Source: Balanoglossus misakiensis (Eukaryota; Animalia; Hemichordata). Taken from it: DNA of 64,000 nt. The stretch is from the NCBI GenBank assembly GCA_040954595.2, contig CM082586.2, positions 2,051,124-2,115,123 of the forward strand, given 5' to 3'. Under the pieces are notes generated by a model. That model was not told where the DNA came from. It did not search any database and saw only the letters and a program-made list of their open reading frames with translations. Every line of letters starts with the position of its first letter. Position 1 is the first letter of the stretch. The translations under genes and the position numbers were made by a program. Positions 16,479 through 29,807 of this stretch are shown piece by piece.

Positions 16479-18411
16479 ATGGCTATTAGTAAGTTTACTT
16501 TGGTTAGACTTCGGACAATCGTGCCGGCGTCGTTAGTTATTCTTGTTTTAATAATGACGAAAATGTACAATTTTAGAGTCATGGAGACAACTATATCGCC
16601 TGCTCCAGTTGTCCACTCATCGGAAAAGAATCGCGATATTCTTTCAGAATCACCCCAGGAGGCGACAAACGAGCCGTTTTTTGTGACAGACAAAACTGGC
16701 GCCACTACAACAGAGCGAAATATAGACGACGTGACCGAGTCGCTGCCCTCCATGGACGAGAAGCAAGACCAAGAACTCCTTGAAGACATCAAGAAAATCA
16801 ATAACTCTTATTTGCGATTTGATGCGTTCGTTCCACCATGGTTTGACAGAGAGGATGTTCTCAGGATGCAGCTGGTGTCGGGTAAGAATGTCTCCGACGC
16901 GTTTTCGTTCGAAAATCACGGGCGCATAAAGCAGGTAATCTTTGAAGACGGCAGCCGACCGAGGGTCGAGAGTTTTTCAAAATGTCTGGACCACTGTGGA
17001 CTGCAGAAGAGCGCCATCGACATCCACGAAGTCTTCGCCTTTCACATGGACCGTGTGCTCGGGTTGAACCGCGCTCCACCGACCGTCGCCCGACGAATCG
17101 ACCGCAAACAGACACGCGACGGGGTTCTACGAGTTTTTGGGCCGATGGTTTGGTGGGATCCTGACATCCGCCATTCGGGGACGTTTCAGCCCGTGCAGAA
17201 CTCGATGGCCCTGTCGTGGACTGACTACCAAAGGGGGTTGACCTCTCGTTGTTTTGCCAGGGATAACATGGAGAAGTCGAAACGAAATCCCAACTGCACG
17301 ACAAAAATTAGACACATCGAGTGGGGCAAATTGGCCATGTATGACTTCATTTTACAAGTAGGTGTACAACATTTCTATCTCATAAAATTGCGGTGGCGGA
17401 CATTCCTAGAAGACAGCAAGGAAGGGAAGGGAAGTGCATCCATGGCTTTAAGATGCATACGTGCAATCATAATAAATCTCCCAAAAGTTTACGTGACAGT
17501 GACAGGCTGTAACAAACCCCACTGGTGAGGTTGTATGGTGTGGAACTACGCAAATTGCGTACAGAATCAAAAGTTAACAAAAAGTGAGAAAGTTACTCAG
17601 CCAGCAGACTATAGAGAGGGGACTTGACAATACAAAGACACGCAGTGACAACTGACTGACATGTAAGAAAAAAGATACATGAAAGTCTTCATTTCTTTGA
17701 CCAAACTTCTTTTCTTGTTACAGAATCATGATCGCATCGACAGAAACTGCTGTGGTTACGACCGAGCGGAGGGTGAGTCGTGTTTGAGAAATGGTCCGAA
17801 TGAATTGAAATGCAGGGATGTAAGACTGCAGTTCCTCGTTCATATATTCACCCACACACACGATGAGAGTCGTCTAGTTTTTATCGACAATGTGTTTAAT
17901 CTGCACAGAAGCATCCAACATTTGAACTACAGGATTTTGGAAGGAATACAAGAGTAAGTTTCCTTATGCATAAGGATGTATTTCTATAACAATTAATCCA
18001 AGCCTACTTGCCTCAGCTAATTTACTGTTATAGAACGTTTTTTCTCTGCTCGCAATCAACTTACCAAGCAAGCAAGCAACAAACCGACCAACCAACCATA
18101 ACCAACTGACCGACCGATAGGACAATCAAGCGATGTGTAGGCCCATATTTGAAATTTTAGTTTCTGTGAAATCTACCCGATTCTCATCCGTGTAAATTTA
18201 TTTCAGGATACCAGAATACCCGATATCAATTTTGAAATCAGGAAAGTTCCGTGATATGATGCTGCAGTCTTTGTACATCGACAAAGTGTACTGGGAAAGC
18301 CAAGGCGGAAAACCCTTCATGGAGAAGCTCATAAGCGTCATCGAGGAACGTGCACAGAAATTGATTACGTATATAGAGAGGGCGAGCATTAACCTCGTTC
18401 CAGATTATTAA
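16479..18411 (+). CDS. GASK1: Golgi-associated kinase 1 / FAM198-like type II membrane protein
   Basis: N-terminal TM anchor; PPWF, EVFAFHMDRVLGLNR, DFILQ|NHDRIDRNCCG, LVFIDN and LQSLYIDKVYWESQGG motifs. Exons 16479-17357, 17724-17953, 18207-18411. Confidence 0.9.
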
Positions 18412-18935
18412 GGTGAAATGTTCGATAAAAGTTGACAAAGGAAGGAATTACAAATTATCGCAAAAATAGCAATGGGAAACAATCACTCGTTTTTTAAGTA
18501 CACGGTATTTTAATAATTTAACAATACAATAATCATAGCAATAGAATATATTTTCCGACGAAGAAGTGTGCCAAGACGATAGATAATTATAATGGATGTG
18601 ATTACATGGAACCAACTCAGAGGTACTTCTACATGATACATCGAGTTCCGAGTCGACCGTTCTAACGTCAATGCGTGCTATACATAAAAAACAAGCCGGC
18701 AGTATAAAAATTCTGTGAACTTCACAAGAGCCAGATGTTTGGTATTGTGTCAGACACATCACATCCAAATTTTCTGGTCATCCTTTTTCTTTTAAAACGG
18801 ACTCCATAATCTTCGTTACGGGGATATGTATGTTGAGTTCTTTGATTGTATAAAAGAATGACGCCATCTGCGCTGACTCAAAAAGCAGAGATATGTTTTG
18901 GTATGCATTGATCCTCGTTACGTCATTATCCTCGT

Positions 18936-21781
18936 TCAAGGCACTGGTAACAGCTTGTACCATCCCGTTACTTCCTCTCCAGAGCTTGTCGTTGGCACCT
19001 GATCGAGCCTAACTTGCGCCATTCCAAGAAAGTTCTTTCTGTCCAACATTTCGTAATTGCCCCAAAGTTTCACCTGTAGAAAATAAAGTTTTTTCTTTGT
19101 TTGATTCTGTGGTATTCGATATCATGAAGTATTTGATAAATGATGCCAGTACATGTACTAATACAGTAATATTTCAGGTTGCGAAATGTTTCTTACCAGC
19201 AGTATCTTTCCAGCGTATTCCCAGTTGAATGCAAACTGTTCTTGGAATATTGGATTAAAGGATGGTTCGGTTGTTCGTGTTTTCTTCTTTCCAATGCAAA
19301 CTCTTCCCCACATTAAGTAGAGCTTGGTGTAAGTAGCTGCATAGAGACAAAGACAAGAGAATAAAAATATGCTATAAAGTCCAGAAAACTTTAAAATACG
19401 TGTATATGATATTTTATTGATGTAATAGTGATTTTAGTACATTTCAAAGATGACAATTTTTTTTTGCTGGATCTAAGTGGTCAAATGTATGACGTACTTT
19501 CGCTTCCTATTTCAGACACGAAACAGACTATGATATTAAACTAAAGCCATCATGTGAATTTTGTTTCCGGCTTTGGACTATAAAAATGTATTTTTAGATT
19601 ATTTAATTAATGACCTGTTTGGGTGTTTTCTCCAAGTTTTAAACCAATTACTCGGCGATAATGATATATCGCATTAGCTTGTTGCCTAATCGTTATATCT
19701 GCGTTTGAAAAGTTACCATATAATTCTGTATGTAAGAAAGACTATAGGCGTATAGGTATATAATTACAATAATAAACCTCGCTACAGAATTGAAAATTTT
19801 GTGCTTATGAAATATTCACCACAAATCGCATTCCGTCACGGTTAAACATATTATTTGACAGTACTTAGCGCTACTGGAGGTGAAAGGTTGATATATTTCT
19901 ATGGCAACAGCTGTTCTTTAATTGAGACAATTGCGTTGACCGAGCTCATGTATTCACCGTGCGAACGAGAACCGACGAGTCGCGTGAACACCGAGAGTGA
20001 TCGAACCATGAGGTGGCCAGTCTAGGTGAACTTGGAATCCGAATGCATTTATTGCGATGGAACACACATTATGAACGATTACATCCATATATCAAACACT
20101 TATCCTCGCGTCAATACGTCTGTTGAAGGTCGCTATGGATTTGAAATAGCGCATATATTTGGATCAAGCGTTTGAATGAGTCATCGGTTGACGGGAATAA
20201 TGAGATTTCCTGGACGGCAAACACCCGCTGTTTCTGCTGCTGTTGCATGAAACTGCACGCTGAATACACTCTACGGCTTGGGATAAATCTGCGGTTTTCC
20301 CGTTCAAATTAAAACGGCGCAAGCTAATACGCTGTAAAATGTCCTTCTTTCGCAACCCTATATTCTAGAGGCTTCCAAACTCATTATACGCAAAGCCCAA
20401 TCTGATTAATTAGGTTTATTGTATTCTGAAGGAGAGCTTGACTTTATTTCAAGATTGAAGTACACGTACGACTAGGTGTAACCTTTTTAAATGAGTATGG
20501 CACTCCACTAATCACAGTGATTTATCGATTGATTCGAGAGCCGCGAGGGGGATCTGAATGCATCATGTAAAAGCAATGACAGATGGACATATTCGCTTTA
20601 TTCACAATGGGAGAACTCTATGGGTTGCACTGTGCTACCAGGGCCCTGCACATAAGTAGGTGATACACTATACACAATGTTAGGTATACATGTAGTGTAC
20701 TTTGCAAAGCCGCCGCCGGCCACTTTTATATGATATTGCGTCGAAAAGTCGATGACTAACCGATGTTACAAAATCGAACAATAATTGCTGTCGGCAGCAC
20801 AGAAGCCAATGTGATTTTGTGCCTCGGGGAGAGATGAAACAACGGTATTACATCGCGGATGATGAGAAATTAGTGTCTTCGAATAGAAAGAGCAAGAACC
20901 CGCATAAATCTGTCATGGAACACGAGCGTGGAGAAATATCGGAGCGATTAGCCTTCATCTAAAATGGAGGTCAAATATTCACGTCACACTGAGCGTAAAA
21001 TACAGTAAACGACACACAAGGGTATTGAAAGTAGCAATCGAGTACTGAAGAACAGTAGGCAAAAATTATTATGAACATGACTGAATTTTATGTTGGTAGT
21101 TTGTGTGTACCACTTGACACGAAATGCGCAGACGACAGCTTCAACGAATTTCCTTTACATATTGTTTAAAATCATGGTGATTTTATTCGCGCAAAAGCAC
21201 AGAAATGTACGCGAAAATGGGAAAATGACAACCTGGCATTTATTTTGGAAGTTTAACACACACCGCAAAATTGTCAAAATGTCTGTTATAAATGTAAATT
21301 GGTTAGCTAGTAATGAAAATTTAGCTTAATAATTGGCCAGACGACAATCAATTCTATGTTTTTTTAAAATCTGCAATGTGGTGGAAGTTTTTTTTTTTTT
21401 TAAATCTCTGCTTTTCGGAATACACTTGGAAAAGCTTGGAACCATAATATTCTTTACACACATAAAACCGAGAGATGACAGACACCAGTTGCCAATTAAT
21501 GTTAACAAAAAGTGTCTATACTGGTTTATACTGCAAATACGTCATTGGTATTCAATTCATATTGATGCCAGTCACGTATTATCGTTTACCCTACCTGCTG
21601 GCGTTATCCGTCCTGGTTTTGGTGCCAAACCTCTCGCCCGCACGACTTCAACGACAAGTTGACCTTTCCGTTTGCTGAAGCTGAGCTGAAGTTCACCCAA
21701 TCTGGAATCCGCTTCACGTTGTCTCCCTTCAACAATTTGTCCAGGACCAAAAGGATTATCTTCAGACACCATGTTACCCAT
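18936..21781 (-). CDS. Short RIM-type C2B-domain protein (RIMS3/4 gamma-RIM-like architecture)
   Basis: FGPGQIV, LVVEVVRARGL, YTKLYL, KKKTR, LWGNYEMLDRKNFLG, GWYKL. Exons 21781-21595, 19336-19197, 19073-18936 splice in phase. Confidence 0.85.
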
Positions 21782-23398
21782 GGTGCATTTCTGATACCAA
21801 TAGCCTGTTGTCTTCGTTTTCCTCCAAAACCTCCAGATTTTCACATGTACGCGTTGGTTCTCCAGGCGTCGATGTTCTCACGCATCGGAAAACCTTGGGT
21901 ACACTCGACCTGTGCGCATGTCCGTGGGGTCGGACAAAATTATTTGACCAAAAACGCCATCATTCGCACATCATCACAATATTGCGAACAAAGAGCAACA
22001 AAAACGCCTGCCACACAGCTGGCGTGGCATGTAGAGCGCCCTCAGGGTGTTGTAGCGGCACGAGTTGTGACGAAGGCCTTGACGACCTCAAAGGTCTTCC
22101 CTGTTGCCATAGGAATATCAAAGGAAGACTTTAATCCCACATTCACAACGAAAGCACGCACATGTCAACCGTCACGGTTCAGCAGCCAACAATCCCAGGC
22201 CTGTGTACAGGACTGTGCGTATTCCCGGTGTTACTACACGGCCTCCGTGCAAAAAGCTTTGCATGCATGTTATCTATCGAGTATAAAACTAATAAACAAT
22301 TCTCGTGTTGTAATGTAAGGAAACCTGAATACAAATGTCGCACTAATTGGGGCCCTTCGTAATGAGTTTTCACACGCCGCGCATTACATTGCAAGTTGAA
22401 GTGATTCCACGATACCTGAACATATCCTTAATGTACGGGATACACGTCTTTAAAGGGCAAATACACGTGTACATAACACCAGCGAAGCGAAGCCCTTATT
22501 GTCATGGCTACGGGAGAGAAAAGGGCGCCACCAGGGCGTCATTGTGGTGAAAACCCACTTGTGTCAGTGGTAACCTTGTTGCCAACAAGTATTACACTAC
22601 ACTTTGAACAAAATACTAGAAATCTCCTGCCTTACAAGTCACTGATAGTTCGCCACAATGGAACTGGATCGCCACAGAAAAAAAGTGTGCACACAAATAC
22701 CACTTTTTACCATATATGGAATTATGTAAATTGGATGTGACCGAGCAAGATTGTCTAAGATTGTCCGTCTTGCGTCCACTCGGTGGACGCAAGAATGAAT
22801 TTTTTTTACCGATTATTAAATTGGGCGAAATTAATGTCTATCTCGGTATATTGTATTCACTCGCCACAGGAACAGGTAAACATACCTCTCCTACCATTGA
22901 GTCCTTCACACTAAGTATATCTCCACAAAAATGACAATGACAATACCAACCGCAGAGACAAAGCATTTCTGGTGATTTACGTGCAAATATGTCCACTTAA
23001 TTTCCGGCTTTTTAGAGCAGCCTTCTCGGAGATTGCGCACCTCAATTTTTTAAAATGCCCTCAGCATGACGTAGCACGCGCGCGTCATTCTTTAAATATC
23101 ATCAGTACCGAAAAAATATCCTTCAAAAATAAAATAAAAATGGTACTTATTTAATAGGCAATTAAGAGCAGAAAGGAACCAGCATGAAATGACATCGCAG
23201 CGAAACAAAAGAACCCCGCTATAACTGTGCGGAAACGAGTTGCATTATGCATTTCAATGAAACGGCCAAAAAATCGAATTTCCAAAACAGTGGGAGAGCG
23301 GCCTTAGCAGACATGCATCAATGTCGTCAGTTGTTTGCAAGTTGCTATATATTCGACCGCGGTTAGGGGGAGTCAACACCACATATAGACCGGGCACA

Positions 23399-25833
23399 AT
23401 GTTGGCTACCCTGTGCGCGCTGTTGCTGAGCTGCATTTGCGGCATCAACGCTTCCTGCGAGTCCCTGGGAGGCCCGTTCATCGGCCGAGCGAAGTCGTAC
23501 GACGCCGTGGCCTTAGCTGACGGCGGCGAGGTCTGCAAGTTCCACACCGACGGGAGATTGGTCGCCGGAGTGTCCACGAATAAGTTACAAGAAACGAAGG
23601 TGAGTGCAGTGAGTTTAGCAGTGGGTTCAGAATTTTGCTATCTCAGTTAAAGAAGACTACATTTTATAACCCCTCGAGTCTCACTGTCGGAACATCACCC
23701 CCATTTCAACCTCTAGGCCTGCGGAGAATGTTTGGAAGTCACTGGTCCCAACGGACAAGTCGTCGTCACGGTCGTCGGGAAGTGTCACGTCTGCGAGGAA
23801 AACGAACTGAAGTTGAGCCAAGACGCGTTCAACACATTGACCAGCGAAGAAACGATCGGTAAGATTGACGTCACGTGGAGAGTGGTGCCGTGCAATGAGT
23901 TCGGCAACATCCAGTACAAGGTAAGAGTCATTACAACTCTTTCCATCCAGGTATCGCTTAATCAGTTAGATCAGATGGTGGGTAAACCGTTTTCCGTCGC
24001 GAGGGTATGGCGATGTGCGCAACCAGCGGTAGAGTTTGGGGCTTTGGCAATCATTCTCTAGAATATATAAATAAGGTAGTACTCACGTCATAGCCTGTTT
24101 TGGTCGTAGAAAATTAGATGCAATCTGCAAGTTGTAGTGCATATCCAAACTTGGTCTGATGTCCTTTTAAGATTAAAGATGGAAGTACAAGATGGTATTT
24201 CGGGATCCAGATCAACCGCCATCGCTACCCGGTGGAATCTGTGGAGGTGCGGAAGCCCGAGCAGACGGACTGGCTGCAGCTGACCAGAAACAGCGGTAAC
24301 TACTTCATCAAAACCAGCGACCTGGGCGGAGCGATGGATTTCCCGATCGACGTGCGGGTGACGGCGTCGACGGGGGATGTGGTCGAAGACACCCTTGCAG
24401 AAATGACCATCGGCGAGTTGATAACGGGGCAGTCACAGTTTCCCTCGTGTGGGGAGAGTGGCGCGGAAAATCCAGACATCACTGAAGAGGAAGGAGTTCT
24501 TGACGAAGCACCCATGGCACCGGAAACCCAAGAAGAAACTATTGCGGCCCCTGGTGAAGGTGTGTATTTCGGCCACGTCCTAAAATATCAGCCAGTCTAT
24601 TTTCGCCTCTTGAACTCGAGACACGGCCAGCAGTTCTGTGCGTGCGGTAGAAACGTGAAGTGCCTATTCTCTCACAGGTTACAAAATCCATGCACCTGTA
24701 AACTGGTAACTTGTTTGATTAACCAATCACGAGTAACCTTGGTAAACATTTTCAACACGTGGCACTGCAGGGCCGCCCATTGGCTGAGAGGGACTGTAGC
24801 TGTAGTTTTCTGAGCTTGCTGTGCTTTAGAGTGCCAGCAAATGCATTCAATACTCTGAAGATTTCTAGGAAAGTAGACATAGGTATAGCAACCGTCACTT
24901 TAACAGGCAAACAGTAAATTTAGACTGGAAATCGCAGAACTTTAACACCTTTTTTCATTGAGAATACAACTGGTAAACCTGGTTTTGTTATTCTAATATA
25001 TATTCTTTGCGATCACCGACAGAGGCTGTAGCAGACGAGAATTTTTGCGAGCGGATCAGAGGCGGCAGTATAATCCATCATGGCGAAGGCACTTTTTACA
25101 GGGAAGCTGGGTGGGCGGCCGATGGCGGCGGACACTGCATGACTGATACAGAGGGCGATATCATGGTCGGAGCGATGAACGAGTTGGATTATGCAAATTC
25201 TGAGGTACTAGTAACATGCGGTCATCATACTCAAACTACAATAAATGGCTGACGAAAAAAAGAAATTTTGAAAAAGCACACACACAGCAAATGTTGTATT
25301 TTCGTTCATTGTAGGTTTGTGGCGAATGCGTCGAGATAACGGGTCCAGACGGTGACACATGTATGGTGAAAATCATCGACTCCTGTCCAGAATGTGCTGA
25401 GGGTGACATCGACCTGAGCGAAGAAGCTTTTAATCTAATTCGTGGGCAGGGAAGGGGCAGAATTCCGATCTCCTGGCGGTTAAAGGAATGTCCTGTGCAG
25501 GGCGACTTCAAGCTTCGATTCAAAGACGGCAGTTCCAAGTACTGGTTCGGTATCCAGGTCCTCAACCACCGCTACAAAGTCAAGAAGATCCAACTGCGTC
25601 GTCCCGGAGAGTGGCAATGGATTGACCTGGAGAGAAGCCACTACAACTTCTTCCTGAAAAGCAAGATGGCGGGAAAGATTGATGCGCCGTTTCAACTGCG
25701 GATCAAGTCGACCAACGGACAGTCAGTTTACACGGACGTGCAGGAGATTATCAGTTCCCAGGATGTCGTGTTCCCGGTGAGTGGAGTGCAGTTTGCCCCG
25801 TGTGCAGACTCTCCGAACGCCCAACAAGCATAA
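23399..25833 (+). CDS. Secreted protein with two tandem bacterial-type expansin (EXLX1/YoaJ-like DPBB + CBM63) modules
   Basis: Signal peptide MLATLCALLLSCICGINA. Exons 23399-23599, 23717-23920, 24172-24559, 25023-25204, 25315-25833 are in phase. Motifs CGECxEVTGPxG, DSCPEC..GDIDLSEEAF, ISWRxxxCP, KDGSSKYWFGIQVLNHRY and LERSHYNFF. Confidence 0.88.
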
Positions 25834-26246
25834 TGACGTCACAAGTCTCGCTATCACTACAAAACTTATTACGTCTTTACGTCAATTTAAATGTCTTTCT
25901 CTAAAAGGGCGTCTTCATTTCATCTGGATCATATAGGTGATCAGATTTAATTTAGCTCTTCCGAGCTGAAGCAGCTGTCTTTGCCACGTCTCACCAAATG
26001 TGACAGGGAGACACGTGTTGTATTGTCCGTCTTATCTATTTATTCCTTTCATGTGTCAGCCATATTTAAAATCTGCCATTAAAATACTTGCACAAGAAAG
26101 CGTTTATTTTCAGGATCTATTTGGTGTCAGCGACATTTTGTGCGTAGAGTGGTTTGATAATGGGATGCTAATAATGTCGGAAAGAAAACAATTACCAAAC
26201 ATAGAACAATATCGATAGATCGATCGAAGGGAGATAAATGCATATT

Positions 26247-28224
26247 TCATATGTCCAGTAACTGTGTGGACAGGATAATTGTCGTTAATAGTACAATACT
26301 TAGAAGAAGGGATGAGTTCGTTCGACGCATCGTCACTGTGCCTGACTTATGAACATTGTATTTCATCAAACAGTCACCAGAAGAGGCTGACCTAACCGCC
26401 CAGGATATGCATCCGGGCGTCTCCTTGCAGGCCTTGCAACATGCAATATTCGATTCCACGTTTGTCGTTCCAGCTGCAATATCTTTACCCGCGCAGTTTC
26501 CGTCTCTGGCGTGTTCGATCGGCTCTCGAACGACTGGGACAGATCCTGTGATTGAAATAAAATCAACATCTTCATGATGCTAAACTATGATGAATAAATG
26601 GTCACGGTCACAATAGACGGCTTAGAAACTGAGATCTGAAACCCCGACTTCCGGCAACGAGCATCTTTCAAAATGGCGCGTCATTCTTATTTTATGCGGC
26701 CGGAACTACTTTCAAAATGGCTTCGGCAGAAACTCACATTTTGTGGTGTGCTGAATAGTCCAGTTACACGTACTCGTTAATTACATGAATTCGTTGTTTC
26801 GTTTAAATGTAATAAATTGACAGCAAAATGTATTGTCTGTGACTGAGGGATGACACCAAGGGTGTCTCAACTCACCATATTGGCATATAAAACTATAAAG
26901 TCCCCCACAGCTCAGCGCTTTAAATCTGTAACCAAGACTCCTGGAAACAACACAAATAAATGTTAAACGAAACATGAAAATAAACATTTAGTTTTTAAAT
27001 AATTTTTGTGGAGAAGAAAGTTCAAGTCTACTTACCAAGACATAGATATACAAGTATCTTCCTTATTATTGCTCGGTTCGCCCAAACCCAAAGCAGAAAA
27101 TTGGGCGCCATCTTGGAATGACCAGCTTCCGGTGTTACCGGATTTTATCCCATCGATCCAATATTCTATAATAAGGAAAATTCCATTAATAACATAAAGG
27201 AACCTTAGATTTTCACTATAAATATACTCTGGTACATGTTAATAAGAGTGATGAAATTGAATTTCGTCTGTTACAAAAGGGTGGATACTGCATGTGACGT
27301 TAAATGGTGTATGATGTCATACTAACACAACATCAGGATCTCAGGTCACTCAGGGGTCATGGAAATACACGTCTTTCTGTACTCCCGGCACACGAAGCCT
27401 GTTTATTGTTTATGGCAACGATGAGGTAATGAATGTTATCCAACAGTAAGGAAGTTTTGATTTATGTTATGACAAAGATTATGAATGGTCAGGAAACGGG
27501 CCTCTTCCATAATAACAAACATTAAATTGTTGGAAGTATGCAGGCCTGTCAATGTGTATTTGAAAGATAAGAAAGTACGCGGATGTGACACGTTCGGAAA
27601 AGTGCGATACGAACAACTAACTTGCCAGACAAAAAGAGGTTTGAAGTGATACACGCGGAGCGATACTGAAACAATGTCATGCGTTCTTACCTTTACGCGA
27701 CGTGGATCCAGCCATATCCTTCAAAATGTAGTCCACCAGCACATGGTGAGTGAGTGGGTCCTGCACCAAAGCCAGTTTGCCGTTACTGTGTCGTTCTTCG
27801 CAGATTACCTGGGCGTCGTACCAAGTCATTCGAGCGAGCACGAATTCGTAGCTCACGCCATTCACTACTGTATTAAAACAATATTTACTTCGTGTTTTCT
27901 GCGTCCTTTACGCGTTTCAATGAGTAGAACATAGAAATACTGTCAAACTATTGATAAAAACCATGAATAATATCAAAAGTCAGCGAACTTAACCCTGTTA
28001 AGATCTCCAGTCTTACCTAGAACGTTGGAGACGTCTTCAGAATCAGAATCATCACCGCCTCCAGAATATTCAACGGCCGCCGCATCCTCCGAGGATGTCC
28101 ACTGGGAGGACTCGGGGAGTTCCCAGTCGGAGCTCCCCGCTGAAGAGAATCCGTTTCCGCAAGTGACGACCGCGTGGTTGAGCAGAAGAGACACAAGAAG
28201 GCAAAACTCAAGCGTGCCCGCCAT
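26247..28224 (-). CDS. Secreted or surface C-type lectin-like domain + PAN/apple domain protein
   Basis: Signal peptide; acidic Ser-rich spacer; CTLD motifs TWYDAQVIC, LALV, YWIDG, GEPS, C...FICQY; CCKACKETPGCISW...CLMK; hydrophobic tail. Exons 28224-28017, 27867-27691, 27165-27036, 26940-26876, 26545-26247. Confidence 0.8.
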
Positions 28225-29807
28225 AATCGTGGATGGATTCTTACAGAGCTGTCGAGTGAGAGTCCGCTGGTCCTGTTCCAATTCTGTACTCAACCAAAGC
28301 CTCGGATGAAACTGAAATGCCCACTCGTACCCGCGAGCGAGGAAATGATACGGAACCTGCTAATTTGCATGAGTGGGCGATTACCATAATTGAATTCATA
28401 ACTCGAAATTGATTACCCCTTAATTATAGTAATAATATAAAGGCAAATTTGATATTAACCCAATTACATACTTTAATACCCATGATAGATTAAATGAGGT
28501 CGAGATCCATACTTAAAACCCCAAAGTAGTGCCACAGGTAATTTCACTCATTTCTGGGAGGAGTATGGCAATTGATAGATAATTAATAATCCAAATAAGT
28601 TTGTACATGTATTATTGCGCCCAGATGATCTGTTGTTTTACCACCGCGTTTTGTATAGGTCCTAATGCACTTTATACGAGTATATTGGACTAACGTTTTC
28701 CTTGATAAACATAAAAGGTGACTTTACAAACAATACTTGAGAGAACCTTTGCTAAATTCAGAATTGTATAAAAATGTGTCTTCTGTGGATTTCAATCAAT
28801 ACGTGGTTCTCGTTCTGTTCAACTCCAATATATAGTAGCATGGTGTAACACTCGCCACAGGAGGGCGAATTCTGCAGCTGTGGGCGAACTACAGAAGACG
28901 AATAAACGTGACAAAAAGTGTGTGAAAGTTCAAAATTTAACCTTGAGACATTTGCGATTTGGTTTCAGGTACGGTGACCGCATTTGACTTCCACTGACAC
29001 TTCCTCTTTCGTTGCTATCTCGCTTGGACAGTTCTTCTGGTCAACTTTTAGGAAAGGAAGAATTGGATTTCTCGATAAGCTGGCCCATTGTACTGGTGAA
29101 TGATACAGCCAGCATGGATACTATATATTAACCTAAAAAAGCAACTGCGACTTATTTTCATTAAACGGAGTTGACAGGACAGCTGCATCTAATCGATCAT
29201 CCGTTGCATAGAAACTAGCACCATAAAAAGGTAAGTTATTTTAATTCTAACATGGTGTCTATTGAAAAGAGGACACAAGTTGTTAATGAATGTTATGTCA
29301 CCTAGTGTTATACCACGTCAAGTCACGCTATAGATTTGACATGCTAATTATGTCATAGCAAGGTTACCGGCAAAAGGAAAAGTGTGAAACACAGAAACTG
29401 TCAAGACCAGAATTCTCAATTCTCGCTCATGATCATCGACAGAACAGAGAAGGCCTCTAGAAATAGGCAGATTACTGCGATTGTCAATACAAGAGAAAAG
29501 CTAGGATTGGTGTTCATTTTTTCGCTATTAAAGTTAATAGTAAAATAAAACTGTATGAAAAGTTAGTTCTGGATATACAAATATGATAAAATAAAAATCC
29601 CTGATATGAGTAAAGTAACTGTTATACCTGGGTTACAATGACGAAATCAATAAGTCGAGTAATGAAAATAGAAAACGTCAGTGGCCACTTTGCGCGGACG
29701 CTCATGTAGTTGCTTCACCAATAATCACCATTGCTTGTCGTGAGTCTCACCGGCGGTTTACTCAGTCACTTCACACGCTGGAACTACTTTACCACACCTA
29801 GTCCGAA

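Noticed and set aside
21659-22318. 219-aa plus-strand ORF
   Set aside because: Antisense to the RIM-like exon and promoter, no ATG start, no motif
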